Source: Thermoleophilaceae bacterium (lineage in GTDB: Bacteria > Actinomycetota > Thermoleophilia > Solirubrobacterales > Thermoleophilaceae). Taken from it: 64,000 nt of DNA. The translations under genes were made by a program, and so were the position numbers. The stretch covers positions 47,519 through 111,518 of the forward strand of contig DASQLM010000413.1 in the NCBI GenBank assembly GCA_035630015.1. Reading direction: 5' to 3'. Shown piece by piece: positions 34,674 through 44,115 of the stretch. Numbering within the stretch: the stretch's first letter is position 1; each line of letters begins with the position of its first letter. The notes beneath the pieces are model-generated. The model was not told where the DNA came from and searched no databases. It saw nothing but the letters and a program-made list of their open reading frames with translations.

Positions 34674-35648
34674 ATGACCGAGCCTGAAGTCAGCGTGATC
34701 GTCCCCGCCCGCAACGCCGTGGAGACGCTGCCACGCCTGTTCGATGCCCTGGACCGGTCGACCTTCGAGGGTGAGCACGAGGTGATCCTGGTGGACGACG
34801 GGTCCACCGACGGCACACCGGAGCTCGCGCGGGAGCGGGGCGCCGCCGTCGTGTCGCTGCAGGGCCAGGGGGGGCCGGCGCAGGCACGCAACGCGGGGCT
34901 TGAGGCGGCACGCGGACCGCTGATCGCCTTCACCGACGCCGACTGCGAACCGTGCGCCCAATGGCTGTCGGAGGTGGTGGCCGCGCTCCGGGCCGGTGCG
35001 GGCCTGGTGCGCGGTCCCGTCAAGCCGGATCCGCGGGCCACCGTGGGCCCGTACGACCGCACGCTGTGGATCGACGAGTCCTCACCGCTGTTCGAGACCG
35101 CAAACTTGGCCGTGACGCGCGCCGTGGCCGACCGCGTCGGGGGCTTCATCCCGTTCGCGCCCGGGCCCGGCGCCGCGCCGGGTCTGCGCCCGCGCGTGGA
35201 CGAGGGCCACTTCGGCGAGGACGTGGTGTTCGGGTGGTCGGCCCGCCGGGCCGGGGCCCGGGTGGTCTACGCCGAGCGCGCCCTGGTGCACCACGCGGTG
35301 TTCCCGCGCGGGCCGCGTGGGTTCATCGCGGAGCGGCGCCGGCTGCGGTTCTTTCCGGCGCTGGTGCGTGAGATCCCGGAACTGCGCGGCGCACTGCCGG
35401 GCCGGTACTTCCTGGCCACGCGCAGCGCGCAGGTCGACCTGGCGGTGGCAGGGGTGGCGCTCGCGCTGGCACGGCGCCGCGTCTGGCCGCTCGCGGCGGT
35501 GGTGCCCTACGCCACCGCGCGGCTGCAATGGCGATCGGCCTGGAGGCGCTCCGTGGCGCGCCGGAACCTGGCCTACGTAGCCGCGGACGGGGTCGGTCTG
35601 GTGGCCCTGGTCCGGGGCAGTCTGGCCGCCCGCAGACTGCTTCTCTGA
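34674..35648 (+). CDS. GT2-family glycosyltransferase
   Basis: ORF 34527..35648 from the ATG at 34674. Contains VSVIVPARN, ILVDDGSTDGT, ARNAGL and FTDADCEP. Confidence 0.85.
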   Translation: MTEPEVSVIVPARNAVETLPRLFDALDRSTFEGEHEVILVDDGSTDGTPELARERGAAVVSLQGQGGPAQARNAGLEAARGPLIAFTDADCEPCAQWLSEVVAALRAGAGLVRGPVKPDPRATVGPYDRTLWIDESSPLFETANLAVTRAVADRVGGFIPFAPGPGAAPGLRPRVDEGHFGEDVVFGWSARRAGARVVYAERALVHHAVFPRGPRGFIAERRRLRFFPALVREIPELRGALPGRYFLATRSAQVDLAVAGVALALARRRVWPLAAVVPYATARLQWRSAWRRSVARRNLAYVAADGVGLVALVRGSLAARRLLL

Positions 35649-35675
35649 GGCGCGGCGCGGGTCTACACTGACCGC

Positions 35676-37232
35676 GTGGGCGCGGCCGGCCGGGACACCA
35701 TGGACGCGGAGCCGCCCGATGCCGTGACCGTCGCCGGCCCGGTCGACACGGGCCGGTTCGACAACACCACCGGCGAAGGACGCCGGGGCCGGGCCGCGCG
35801 CGGGACGGTCATCAACTCGGCCTTCCTGATCGGCCTGAACATGCTCGCCCTGATCAAGGGCTTCGCGGTCGCCGGCTTCGTCTCGGTGTCCGACTACGGC
35901 GTATGGGGGCTGGTGATCGTCTCGTTCACGACCCTGTATGGCCTGATCCAGGTCGGGGTCAACGACAAGTACATCCAGCAGGACCACGAGGACCAGGAGA
36001 GCGCGTTCCAGCTCGCGTTCACGCTCCAGCTCGCCCTCAGCGGCGCGTTCACGGTGCTGATCGTGGCCGTGATGCCCCTGTACGCGCTCGCCTACGACAC
36101 CAACGAGATCCTGTACCCCGGTTGGGTCCTGGCGCTGGCGATGCCCGCCAGCGCCTTCCAGGCCCCGCTGTGGACCTTCTACCGGCGGATGGACTACCTG
36201 CGCCAGCGCAAGCTCCAGGTGTTCGACCCCGTGGTCGGCTTCGTGGTCACTCTCGGCCTGGCCGTCGCCGGCTTCGGCGTCTGGTCGCTGGTGCTGGGCA
36301 CCGTCCTGGGCGCGTGGACCGCGGCCGCAGTCGCGGTCAGGGCCTCTCCGTACAAGCTGCGGCTGCGCTACGAGCCGGGCACGCTGCGCGAGTACGCGAC
36401 CTTCTCGGGGCCGCTGATGTTCCAGGGGCTGTGCGTCGCGGTCATCGGGTTCGGCCCGGTGCTGGTGGCCCAGCGCGCGCTCGGCACCGCCGCGATCGGG
36501 GCGATGGCGATCGCCAACAACATCTCCGTGTACACCCAGAAGGTCGACGAGGTGGTCACGAACACGCTCTACCCCGTGATCTGCGCGGTCAAGGACCAGG
36601 CCGCCCTGATGCAGGAGGCGTTCCTCAAGTCAAACCGGATGGGCATGCTCTGGGCCACCCCGACGGGACTCGCGATCTTCCTGTTCGCTCCCGACCTCGT
36701 GCACTTCGTGATCGGGTCGCGTTGGGACGAAGCCATCCCGGTGATCCAGGCCTTCGGCCTGATCGCCGTGTTCAACCAGATCGCCTTCAACTGGACTGCC
36801 TTCTTCCGGGCCATCGGTGACACCAAGCCGGTGGCCGTGGGCGCGTTCGCCATGGCCGTGGTGGTCACGGGCATCGCGGTGCCGCTGCTGGCCGCCTACG
36901 GGCTGGTGGGCTTCGCCGTGGGCATGGCAGTGGGCAACGTGGTGCTGGTCGGGGTGCGGGTGGGATATCTGACCCGGATAGTCCCGCTGGGGCCGATGGC
37001 GCGCAACGTGATCCGGGGCATGCTGCCCGCCGCGGCGGCGTTGAGCGTCACGGGCGCGGCGCGGCTGGCTACCTGGGGCGGCGAACGCACCGAGCTCCAC
37101 GCCGCGGCCGAGCTGGCGCTGTTCCTGGTCCTGTCGATGGCCATCACGCTGGTGGCGGAGCGGGGCCTGCTCAACGAGTTCCGCGGCTACCTGCGCCGGC
37201 GCCCGGGGGCAGCGGCAGGCCAGCCGGGATGA
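35676..37232 (+). CDS. wzx: Wzx-type oligosaccharide flippase (polysaccharide transporter / MOP superfamily), copy 1
   Basis: 518 aa with more than 10 hydrophobic segments. N-terminal RGTVINSAFLIGLNMLALIKGFAVAGFV and mid-protein FSGPLMFQGL are typical of the PST family. An alternative ATG start lies at 35700. Confidence 0.8.
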   Translation: MGAAGRDTMDAEPPDAVTVAGPVDTGRFDNTTGEGRRGRAARGTVINSAFLIGLNMLALIKGFAVAGFVSVSDYGVWGLVIVSFTTLYGLIQVGVNDKYIQQDHEDQESAFQLAFTLQLALSGAFTVLIVAVMPLYALAYDTNEILYPGWVLALAMPASAFQAPLWTFYRRMDYLRQRKLQVFDPVVGFVVTLGLAVAGFGVWSLVLGTVLGAWTAAAVAVRASPYKLRLRYEPGTLREYATFSGPLMFQGLCVAVIGFGPVLVAQRALGTAAIGAMAIANNISVYTQKVDEVVTNTLYPVICAVKDQAALMQEAFLKSNRMGMLWATPTGLAIFLFAPDLVHFVIGSRWDEAIPVIQAFGLIAVFNQIAFNWTAFFRAIGDTKPVAVGAFAMAVVVTGIAVPLLAAYGLVGFAVGMAVGNVVLVGVRVGYLTRIVPLGPMARNVIRGMLPAAAALSVTGAARLATWGGERTELHAAAELALFLVLSMAITLVAERGLLNEFRGYLRRRPGAAAGQPG

Positions 37233-38021
37233 GTGTGGAAGACTCCGCGCGTGGGCGCTGATCTCCGCCGCAAGGTGCTGGGCAGGCTGCGGCCACGGCC
37301 ACGCGCCGCGCCCCCTGCCGAACCCGCCGAGCCGTCGCTGGTCAGTGCCGAGGACCAGGCGATCATCGATCGCGCCCGCCCCTTCACCATGACCTCGGAG
37401 GCCCGTCTGCAGGCGGTGATTGACGCCGTCCGCCACTGCCAGCGGCGCGGTCTGCCAGGAGCCTACGCCGAGTGCGGCGTATGGCGCGGTGGCTCGGTGA
37501 TGGCCATGATCCTGACGCTGCAGGAGCTCGGCGCCGAGCGGGACATCTACCTGTACGACACCTTCCAGGGCATGACCGAGCCCACCGAGCACGATGTGTC
37601 CCCGGTGGACCGCCCCGCGCTCGAGGACTGGAAGGAGGCACAGGCCGCCGGCAAGCGACCCTATGAGGACGTGTTCGGTGCCGAGGCCTTCGACGAGCAG
37701 TCGGTCCGCAGGACGTTGCTGGACACCGGCTACCCGTCCGAGCGCCTCCACCTGGTCGCGGGGCCGGTGGAGCAGACGATCCCGGGCACGTCGCCCGGCC
37801 CGATGGCGCTGCTGCGGCTGGACACCGACTGGTACGAGTCGACCCGCCACGAGCTGACCCATCTCTATCCCCTGCTGACGACCGGGGGTGTGCTGATCAT
37901 CGACGACTACGGGCACTGGGAGGGCGCTCGCAAGGCGGTGGACGAGTACTTCGCCTCGCACGCCGAGCCGCTGCTGCTCAACCGGATCGACTACACCGGG
38001 AGGGTGGCCGTCAAGGCCTGA
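37233..38021 (+). CDS. TylF/MycF-family (macrocin-type) sugar O-methyltransferase
   Basis: 262 aa containing GAYAECGVWRGGS, LYDTFQGM, LLRLDTDWYEST and GGVLIIDDY. GTG start immediately after the wzx stop. Confidence 0.85.
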   Translation: MWKTPRVGADLRRKVLGRLRPRPRAAPPAEPAEPSLVSAEDQAIIDRARPFTMTSEARLQAVIDAVRHCQRRGLPGAYAECGVWRGGSVMAMILTLQELGAERDIYLYDTFQGMTEPTEHDVSPVDRPALEDWKEAQAAGKRPYEDVFGAEAFDEQSVRRTLLDTGYPSERLHLVAGPVEQTIPGTSPGPMALLRLDTDWYESTRHELTHLYPLLTTGGVLIIDDYGHWEGARKAVDEYFASHAEPLLLNRIDYTGRVAVKA

Positions 38022-38892
38022 GCCGCGCCCGCACGCCGCGCAGGACGTTGCGCGGAGTGCGGCCCTCCATCCGCACCCGCGGCCACGGCGTGCGCGCGCG
38101 GTGGCGCAGGTAGGCCGAGCGCGTGCCCGGGTCGCTGAGGTAGTGCCACGGCTTGTTCTGCGCCGGACCCTCGTAGTGCCGGATCGCCGGGTGCTGGCGC
38201 GCCTCCTCCACGGCCTCGGCGCCGAACACGTCGGCGCTCTGCGGGAAGTTGAGCACGGCGTTCATGGCGTTCCAGCGCGGGTGCAGCGCCAGGCGGCGGT
38301 GCCCGAGCACCACGTTCAGGGTGTCCTGGTCGCGCCACTCCAGCCGGTCGGCGTTGCGCCGCGCGTAGTCGAGCATCCGCTCGGACTGGCCGTCGGCGCG
38401 CAGGGCGGCCAGGTTCAGGAGCAGCACCCCCGCGTTGAAGTAGGTCTCCGGCCCGTCCAGCCCGAGCTGTCCGGGCCGGTGTAGGTGGTGGTCCATGAAC
38501 ACGTTCGTCACCGCGCCCAGGTAGTGGCCGCCGAGCTCGGTCTCCCACAGAGGGACGAGGTCGTCGACCGCGATCAGGTCGGCGTCCAGGTGCAGCACCC
38601 GGTCGATGTCGGGGAGCAGCTCGGGCAGGAACAGCCGGTACCAGGTGGCCTTGCCGGTGAAGCCCACGGTGGGCAGCCCCTCGACCCGCTCGTCGGCGAT
38701 GTCCAGGAACGTGACCCGGGCCCCGCGCTCGTCCAGCATCCCGCGCAACAGCCGTTCGGACTCCGGAGTGAAGTCGGGTCCGTGCAGATAGTGCACGTGC
38801 ACCCCGCAGCCACCGCTGTGCTCGATCACCGAGTCCAGCATGGCCGCGCTGTGGGGGACGTAGTCGCCCTCCACCGCGCACGACACGTGCAT
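38011..38892 (-). CDS. GT8-family glycosyltransferase (RfaJ / LPS glycosyltransferase-like)
   Basis: Distal part of ORF 38011..39237, from the ATG at 38892, where TGATG gives a 1-nt overlap with the upstream stop. Contains ATWYRLFLPELL, VLHLDADLIAVDDL, YFNAGVLLLNL and DQDTLN. Confidence 0.85.
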   Translation of the reverse strand: MHVSCAVEGDYVPHSAAMLDSVIEHSGGCGVHVHYLHGPDFTPESERLLRGMLDERGARVTFLDIADERVEGLPTVGFTGKATWYRLFLPELLPDIDRVLHLDADLIAVDDLVPLWETELGGHYLGAVTNVFMDHHLHRPGQLGLDGPETYFNAGVLLLNLAALRADGQSERMLDYARRNADRLEWRDQDTLNVVLGHRRLALHPRWNAMNAVLNFPQSADVFGAEAVEEARQHPAIRHYEGPAQNKPWHYLSDPGTRSAYLRHRARTPWPRVRMEGRTPRNVLRGVRARLRP

Positions 38893-39632
38893 CACGGCTT
38901 CTCGGCCACCACGGCGTAGACCTGCGCGTTGAGGTCCCGGGCGGCTTGCGCCTGGAGGCGGTCCGCCAGGGCCACCAGGCTCTGCATCACGAACGCGTAC
39001 ACCGGCCGCAGCGGGCGCGGAAGGTGGTAGTAGGTGGCGTCCTGGACGAACTGCAAGCCGGTGGCCAGCAGGCCGATGACGCCCTCGAACCGGGCCACCC
39101 TGAACCCGGCCTCCTCGATCACGTGCCTGAGGCCCGCGCAGGTCCAGCGCCAGTAGTCGACCGGGTCGGGGTGGTAGATGAACATGCCATGGGTGGACAG
39201 CAGCATCCGCCCGCCCGGGCGCAGCACGCGGAAACACTCCGACAGGTACAGCTCGGGGTCGCCCACGTGCTCGAGCACCTGGGTCGACAGCACCGCGTCG
39301 AAGCTGTCGTCGGGAGCGGGGATCGTGGTGTCCGGGTTCAGGTCGAGCGTGGCGGCCGGGTTCCCCGGCAGGTCCGCCGCCACGAACTCCGCGTCGGCCG
39401 GGAAGAAGTGCCGGTAGGGCACGTCGGCGCAGCCGTAGTCCAGCACCCGCCCGCCGGGCGGGAGGCGCAGATCCACCGAGAGTGCCTCCAGCCGCGCCGG
39501 CAGCGTCCGGATGTGGTGCGCGTAGCGGTGCCCTGGCGTAGCGCGACGGATGTCCGCCGGCCGGTGGTCCACGTAGCGGGTCGAGTCGCTGGGCGCCGGC
39601 GGTTCCAGCGGGGTGTGACGGTCCGTGTCCAT
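38892..39632 (-). CDS. Class I SAM-dependent methyltransferase
   Basis: ORF 38892..39752, with the ATG at 39632 (MDTDRH) preferred. Contains RVLDYGCADVPY, FDAVLSTQVLEHVGDP and LRPGGRMLLST. Confidence 0.78.
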   Translation of the reverse strand: MDTDRHTPLEPPAPSDSTRYVDHRPADIRRATPGHRYAHHIRTLPARLEALSVDLRLPPGGRVLDYGCADVPYRHFFPADAEFVAADLPGNPAATLDLNPDTTIPAPDDSFDAVLSTQVLEHVGDPELYLSECFRVLRPGGRMLLSTHGMFIYHPDPVDYWRWTCAGLRHVIEEAGFRVARFEGVIGLLATGLQFVQDATYYHLPRPLRPVYAFVMQSLVALADRLQAQAARDLNAQVYAVVAEKP

Positions 39633-39696
39633 GGCGACCCGCCGTGGGCGGGTGGGGATAGTAACGCGGTGGGTCTCGTATGCTGCCCAGCGACCG

Positions 39697-40512
39697 ATGG
39701 CGGACGTAGAGCAGAATCGGTCCGTCTGGGAGGCCGGGTGGGACTGGTCCACGGCGGGCGATGAGTGGTCCTCATGGTGGGGGGGTACGCCCGCGCTGTG
39801 GCATGGCGCGCTGCTGCCGCGAATCCACTCGTTCGTCCCGACCGGGACGATCCTCGAGATCGCACCGGGCTACGGGCGCTGGACCCAGTACCTCAAGGAC
39901 CTGTGTGACGACCTCGTCATCGTCGACCTGACCGAGCGCTGCATCGAAGGCTGCAAGGTGCGCTTCGCGGATGCCACGAACATCGACTACCACGTGAACG
40001 ACGGCCGCTCGCTCGACATGGTCGCCGACGGCTCGGTGGACTTCGTGTTCAGCTTCGACTCGCTCGTTCACGCCGAGGCCGAGGTACTGGAGGCCTACGC
40101 CGGCCAGCTGGCCCGCAAGCTCAAGCCGGACGGGATCGGGTTCTTCCACCACTCCAACTGGGGCGGGCTACGGTCCCTCGGCTCGCTCACCAAGCGGCTG
40201 CCGGAGCGCGCCCGCCGTCCGCTGGTCACCCGGGGCGTGCTTCCCGACGTCTACGCCTGGCGGGCCCAGAGCGTCACGGCCGAACTATTCGCGGGCCAGT
40301 GCGACGCCGCGGGACTGTCGGTGGTGGCTCAGGAGAAGATCAACTGGGAGTGGGGCTACTACCTGATGGACGCCCTGACCGTGTTCACCCCGCGCGGATC
40401 GCGCTGGGACCGTCCCCGCGCTGTGCGGCGCAACCCGCTGTTCCACGCCGAGGCCGAGCGCATGGCCGATCTCTACTCGGCCAACGGCTTCCCGAAAGGA
40501 GCAGGACGATGA
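39697..40512 (+). CDS. Class I SAM-dependent methyltransferase
   Basis: ORF 39625..40512, with the ATG at 39697 (MADVEQN) preferred. Contains ILEIAPGYGRWTQYL, VDFVFSFDSLVHAE and LKPDGIGFFHHSN. Confidence 0.78.
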   Translation: MADVEQNRSVWEAGWDWSTAGDEWSSWWGGTPALWHGALLPRIHSFVPTGTILEIAPGYGRWTQYLKDLCDDLVIVDLTERCIEGCKVRFADATNIDYHVNDGRSLDMVADGSVDFVFSFDSLVHAEAEVLEAYAGQLARKLKPDGIGFFHHSNWGGLRSLGSLTKRLPERARRPLVTRGVLPDVYAWRAQSVTAELFAGQCDAAGLSVVAQEKINWEWGYYLMDALTVFTPRGSRWDRPRAVRRNPLFHAEAERMADLYSANGFPKGAGR

Positions 40513-41216
40513 GCGGTACGCGAAGGGCTGCGTCCAAGGCCCGCAAGCAGGGCATCGCGGGGTTCGTGCGCTGGTGGCCCCGGACCGGGCGCAAGCCCGT
40601 GGCCAAGCTGTTCCACGCGGACCTGATCGCGAAGACGATGAACTTCGAGACCGTCCGCTGGATGGGAATCGAGATGCGGCAGAACGTGCTCGACGTGTGG
40701 ACGATCCAGGAGACCATCACCGAGGTGCGCCCGGCCCTGCTGATCGAGACCGGCACCTGGGACGGTGGATCCGCCCTGTTCTACGCGCAGCTGATGGACC
40801 TGCTCGGTGAGGGTCGCGTCCTGACCATCGACATCGACGACAAGAACGAGCTCGATCATCCGCGGGTGGAGTTCCTGCACGGCAGCTCGACGGCCCCGGA
40901 GACGGTCGAGCAGGTGCGCGCCAAGGTCGACGAGGTCGACGGCCCGGTGATGGTGATCCTCGACGGAGATCACTCCCAGAGCCACGTGGCGGAGGAGCTG
41001 GAGTTGTACGCCCCGTTGGTCACGCCCGGGAGCTTCCTGCTGAGCCAGGACGGGGTGATCGACGAGATGGAGCTGTTCCGTGAGAGCCGGCCGGGGCCGC
41101 TACCGGCCAACCGCGACTTCCTGGCCCGCCATCCCGAGTTCGAGCACGATGCCGAGCGCAACGAGCGGTTCCTGCTCACCCACCACCCGCTCGGGTGGCT
41201 GAAGCGGGTGCGTTAG
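40509..41216 (+). CDS. CmcI / cephalosporin-hydroxylase-family methyltransferase (rhamnosyl-O-methyltransferase-like)
   Basis: Distal part of ORF 40299..41216, from the ATG at 40509 (ATGA overlap). Contains WMGIEMRQNVLDVWTIQE, LIETGTWDGGSALF and VILDGDHS. Confidence 0.78.
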   Translation: MSGTRRAASKARKQGIAGFVRWWPRTGRKPVAKLFHADLIAKTMNFETVRWMGIEMRQNVLDVWTIQETITEVRPALLIETGTWDGGSALFYAQLMDLLGEGRVLTIDIDDKNELDHPRVEFLHGSSTAPETVEQVRAKVDEVDGPVMVILDGDHSQSHVAEELELYAPLVTPGSFLLSQDGVIDEMELFRESRPGPLPANRDFLARHPEFEHDAERNERFLLTHHPLGWLKRVR

Positions 41217-41974
41217 CCCAACCGGTCCGGGGGCTCCGTCACGGGCGCGCGGCCCTTGGCGTGAAGGACCACGTGGGGGATTGACAGTTCCTTGCCGCCC
41301 GCGGACGCGATGGTCTGCCGGAAACGGCCGTGCTCGCGGACGTCGTCGAAGCCGGCCGTGTGGGTCATCCGCTTCCAGGTCTGCCGCGAGGGCAGCCAGA
41401 ACACCACCGCCGCCTCCCGGTCCGCGTGGTATCGCGCCACGGGTATGGGCAGGAGGCTGGTCAGCCGGTCGTACTCCTCGGCCAGGATCAGCTGCCCGTG
41501 GCACAGGTTCGCGAACCGCTCCAGCGCCAGCAGCTGGTCTCGCAGGTGCACCAGCACCACGCCGCAGAACACCAGGTCGAAGGTCCCGAGCTTCTCGGGG
41601 GTGGCCTCGTAGATGTTGCAGTGCACCCGCTCGACCTGGGAGCCGGTGATCTCCTTGATCAACCGGAACCCGTCGCCTCGTTGCAGGTCGGCGAACTGGG
41701 CCGGGCGCCGCCGTGGCGGCCAGTCGTATTCGCTCTCGTGCTCCACGTCGAGCGCCACCACCTCGGCACCGCGGCGCTCCATCTCGAAAGCCCAGAAGCC
41801 GTCCCAGGTGCCGATGTCCAGCACCCGCATGCCGTCCATCCGCTCGGGCAGCCCGTAGTGGTGCACATGGGGGCGGTTGTCGAACCAGCCGTCGGTCACC
41901 AGCCCGTCGCCCAGGTCGATCGTGTGGTACCAGCTCATCTCGCGGACACGCGTAGCCGCGTCACCTGTGGGCAT
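41213..41974 (-). CDS. Class I SAM-dependent methyltransferase
   Basis: 253 aa containing WYHTIDLG, MRVLDIGTWDGFWAFEM and FDLVFCGVVLVHLRD. Confidence 0.78.
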   Translation of the reverse strand: MPTGDAATRVREMSWYHTIDLGDGLVTDGWFDNRPHVHHYGLPERMDGMRVLDIGTWDGFWAFEMERRGAEVVALDVEHESEYDWPPRRRPAQFADLQRGDGFRLIKEITGSQVERVHCNIYEATPEKLGTFDLVFCGVVLVHLRDQLLALERFANLCHGQLILAEEYDRLTSLLPIPVARYHADREAAVVFWLPSRQTWKRMTHTAGFDDVREHGRFRQTIASAGGKELSIPHVVLHAKGRAPVTEPPDRLG

Positions 41975-42038
41975 CTGGACGCCTCCTCCTGCTTGCGGGC
42001 CCGAAGTGCAACGGCACCGTACAGGGCTGGGCTAGGCT

Positions 42039-44102
42039 GTGCGCGCTGTGGCGGGCGGGGAATACGCAGTCGGTCTGCTCATCTTCGCCGCAACGGCGGG
42101 CTCCGCGGCCGCCGTGGCCGCGCTGCTTCTGCGTGCCCGCCTCGACGGGCCGCGCGGTGCCACATGGTGGGTTGCCTGGTCGGTGCTGTTCACCGCGGCG
42201 CTCCTGCTCTCACACGTGCTCCCGGGAGCGCTGGGCGTGCTCACGCGCTGGTCGGCGCTCGCCTGCTCGGTGCTCCTGCTGGCGGCCTGTTGGCCCCTGT
42301 ACCGGCGCCGGGCCAGGCCGTCCACGCCGGCGGACGACACGGCACCCGAACCGCTGTGGACGCTGGCGATCGGCGTCGTGGCGGTGGGCATGGTCGCCAC
42401 GTGGGTGCTCGCGTTCCTGCGCAAGGACTTCGCCAACCAGATCGTGCACAGCGACACGCTCAACTACCACTTCGCCGTGGTGGCCGACTGGATCGGCAAC
42501 CAGAGCATGTGGGGCATCGCCCAGTTCGAGCCGGGACTGGCCGCCGGCAACTACCCGCAGAACGGTGACGTGCCGATCCTGGCCGCCGTCCTGCCCTGGG
42601 GCGACGATGCGTTCGCGCGCTTCGCGACCGTCCCCTACCTGGCGATGGCGGGGCTGGTGGTCTTCGCGCTCTGCCGGGAGCTGAGGGTGCCGCGCTCCAC
42701 CGGGCTCGTCGCGGCCGCGATCGTGACCAGCACCTACACGCTGCTCTACCCGACCGTCGCGCTGGCGCTGCCGGACGCGGTCGCCGCGGCGATGCTCGGG
42801 GCCGGAGCGCTGTTCCTGGTGCGCCACCTGCGCACCCGCGACGGCTGGGACCTGGTCGTGGGCGGCGCGGCCCTGGGCATCGCCTTTGGCTCCAAGTGGT
42901 ACGCGGTCCCGGCCGTGGTCGTTTTCGTGACCTTCTGGGCCGGGGTGTGGCTGTGGCGGGCGCGTGACCCGCGCTGGGTCTCCCTCCGCGTCGCCGCCGT
43001 CGCCGGGTTGCTGGTGCTGTTCGGTGGGTTCTGGCTGGTGCGCAACTGGGTCGAGTCCGGAAGCCCCGTGTTCCCGTCGGGTGTGGGCCCGCTGTTCGAC
43101 GTCCCGCCGGACTACTACGCGGAACGCTTCGGCCACTCGGTTGCGGAGTACCTGTTCGACCTCGACGTGTGGCGGACGTATCTGGTGCCGGCCTACCGCG
43201 ACGCGCTGGGATTGGCCGGGCCGGCCCTGGTGGTCGGCTTCGCGCTGGCGCTGGCGCGCCTGGTGCGGCTGGGGCGGGCGGGAGTGGCGGCCCGGGCCGG
43301 TCTGATGCCCGTGGCGTTCATGGCCGCGGCCACCCTGCTCCTGGTGGCCGTCTACCTCAAGACGCCCTACTCGGCGCTGGGAGAGGAGGGCGCCCCCATC
43401 CTGGTCAAGCAGAACGCGCGCTACCTGCTGCCCGCCCTGATGCTCGCGGCGCCGCTGCTGGCCTGGGGGTTGCAGCTGCTCGGCCGGTTCACACCCTGGG
43501 CGGAGCTCGCGCTGCTGGTGGTGGTGGCCGAGGGGCTCCACAACTCGCTGGCGCCGGGCGCCCGGGCCGTCGCCGAGGTGCTGGTCGCTCTGGCGCTTCT
43601 CGCGGCGCTGGCCTTCGCGGTCTGGCGCCTGTCGGCTTCGCTTCCGCGTCCGCTCGTCGGCGCCGCGGTCGCGCTGGCTGCCGTGCTGGCCGTAGCCGTG
43701 GCCGGGCTGGGCGTGGAACGCAAGGTCGACGACCGCCGGTTCGCCGGCAAGGACGCCACCATCGACTGGGTCGAGCGTCACGCGCCCTCGGGGGCCCGGA
43801 TCGGGCTCGCCGGCACCAATGCCTTCGACGGCACGCCTCCGGCGTACCCGATGTTCGGGCCCGAGCTGGGCAACGAGGTGTCCTACGTCGGCCCGCAGGT
43901 CAAGGGCGGGTTGCGCCATCACCGCAGCCGCCGGGCGTTCGTGCGGGCGCTGCGCCAAGGCGATTACGACCTAGTGGTCGTCGGCCGGGCGAGCCAATTC
44001 GACGATCGGGGCACGCACCCGCTGGAGTGGGCCCGGTCGGCCGATTTCGAACCGGTCGCGCGGAGTCAGTGGTTGACCCTTCTGCGCGCTCCTTCCGACT
44101 AG
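42039..44102 (+). CDS. Large polytopic membrane protein, GT-C-fold glycosyltransferase-like (ArnT/PMT/GT39-83 type)
   Basis: 687 aa with ~12 or more hydrophobic segments in the N-terminal 500 aa, then a soluble C-terminal domain. The first loop carries acidic and aromatic residues (FLRKDFANQIVHSDTLNYH). The family call is based on architecture only. Confidence 0.55.
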   Translation: MRAVAGGEYAVGLLIFAATAGSAAAVAALLLRARLDGPRGATWWVAWSVLFTAALLLSHVLPGALGVLTRWSALACSVLLLAACWPLYRRRARPSTPADDTAPEPLWTLAIGVVAVGMVATWVLAFLRKDFANQIVHSDTLNYHFAVVADWIGNQSMWGIAQFEPGLAAGNYPQNGDVPILAAVLPWGDDAFARFATVPYLAMAGLVVFALCRELRVPRSTGLVAAAIVTSTYTLLYPTVALALPDAVAAAMLGAGALFLVRHLRTRDGWDLVVGGAALGIAFGSKWYAVPAVVVFVTFWAGVWLWRARDPRWVSLRVAAVAGLLVLFGGFWLVRNWVESGSPVFPSGVGPLFDVPPDYYAERFGHSVAEYLFDLDVWRTYLVPAYRDALGLAGPALVVGFALALARLVRLGRAGVAARAGLMPVAFMAAATLLLVAVYLKTPYSALGEEGAPILVKQNARYLLPALMLAAPLLAWGLQLLGRFTPWAELALLVVVAEGLHNSLAPGARAVAEVLVALALLAALAFAVWRLSASLPRPLVGAAVALAAVLAVAVAGLGVERKVDDRRFAGKDATIDWVERHAPSGARIGLAGTNAFDGTPPAYPMFGPELGNEVSYVGPQVKGGLRHHRSRRAFVRALRQGDYDLVVVGRASQFDDRGTHPLEWARSADFEPVARSQWLTLLRAPSD

Positions 44103-44115
44103 GCTGCCCACGCGC

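Noticed and set aside
42210-43958. 582-aa minus-strand ORF opposite the GT-C membrane protein. Similar antisense ORFs occur at 47460-49685, 59697-60818 and 61924-63324.
   Set aside because: The composition is dominated by Arg, Gly, Pro, His and Gln. The opposite-strand genes encode coherent polytopic membrane proteins or enzymes. These are chance ORFs in stop-poor GC-rich DNA.
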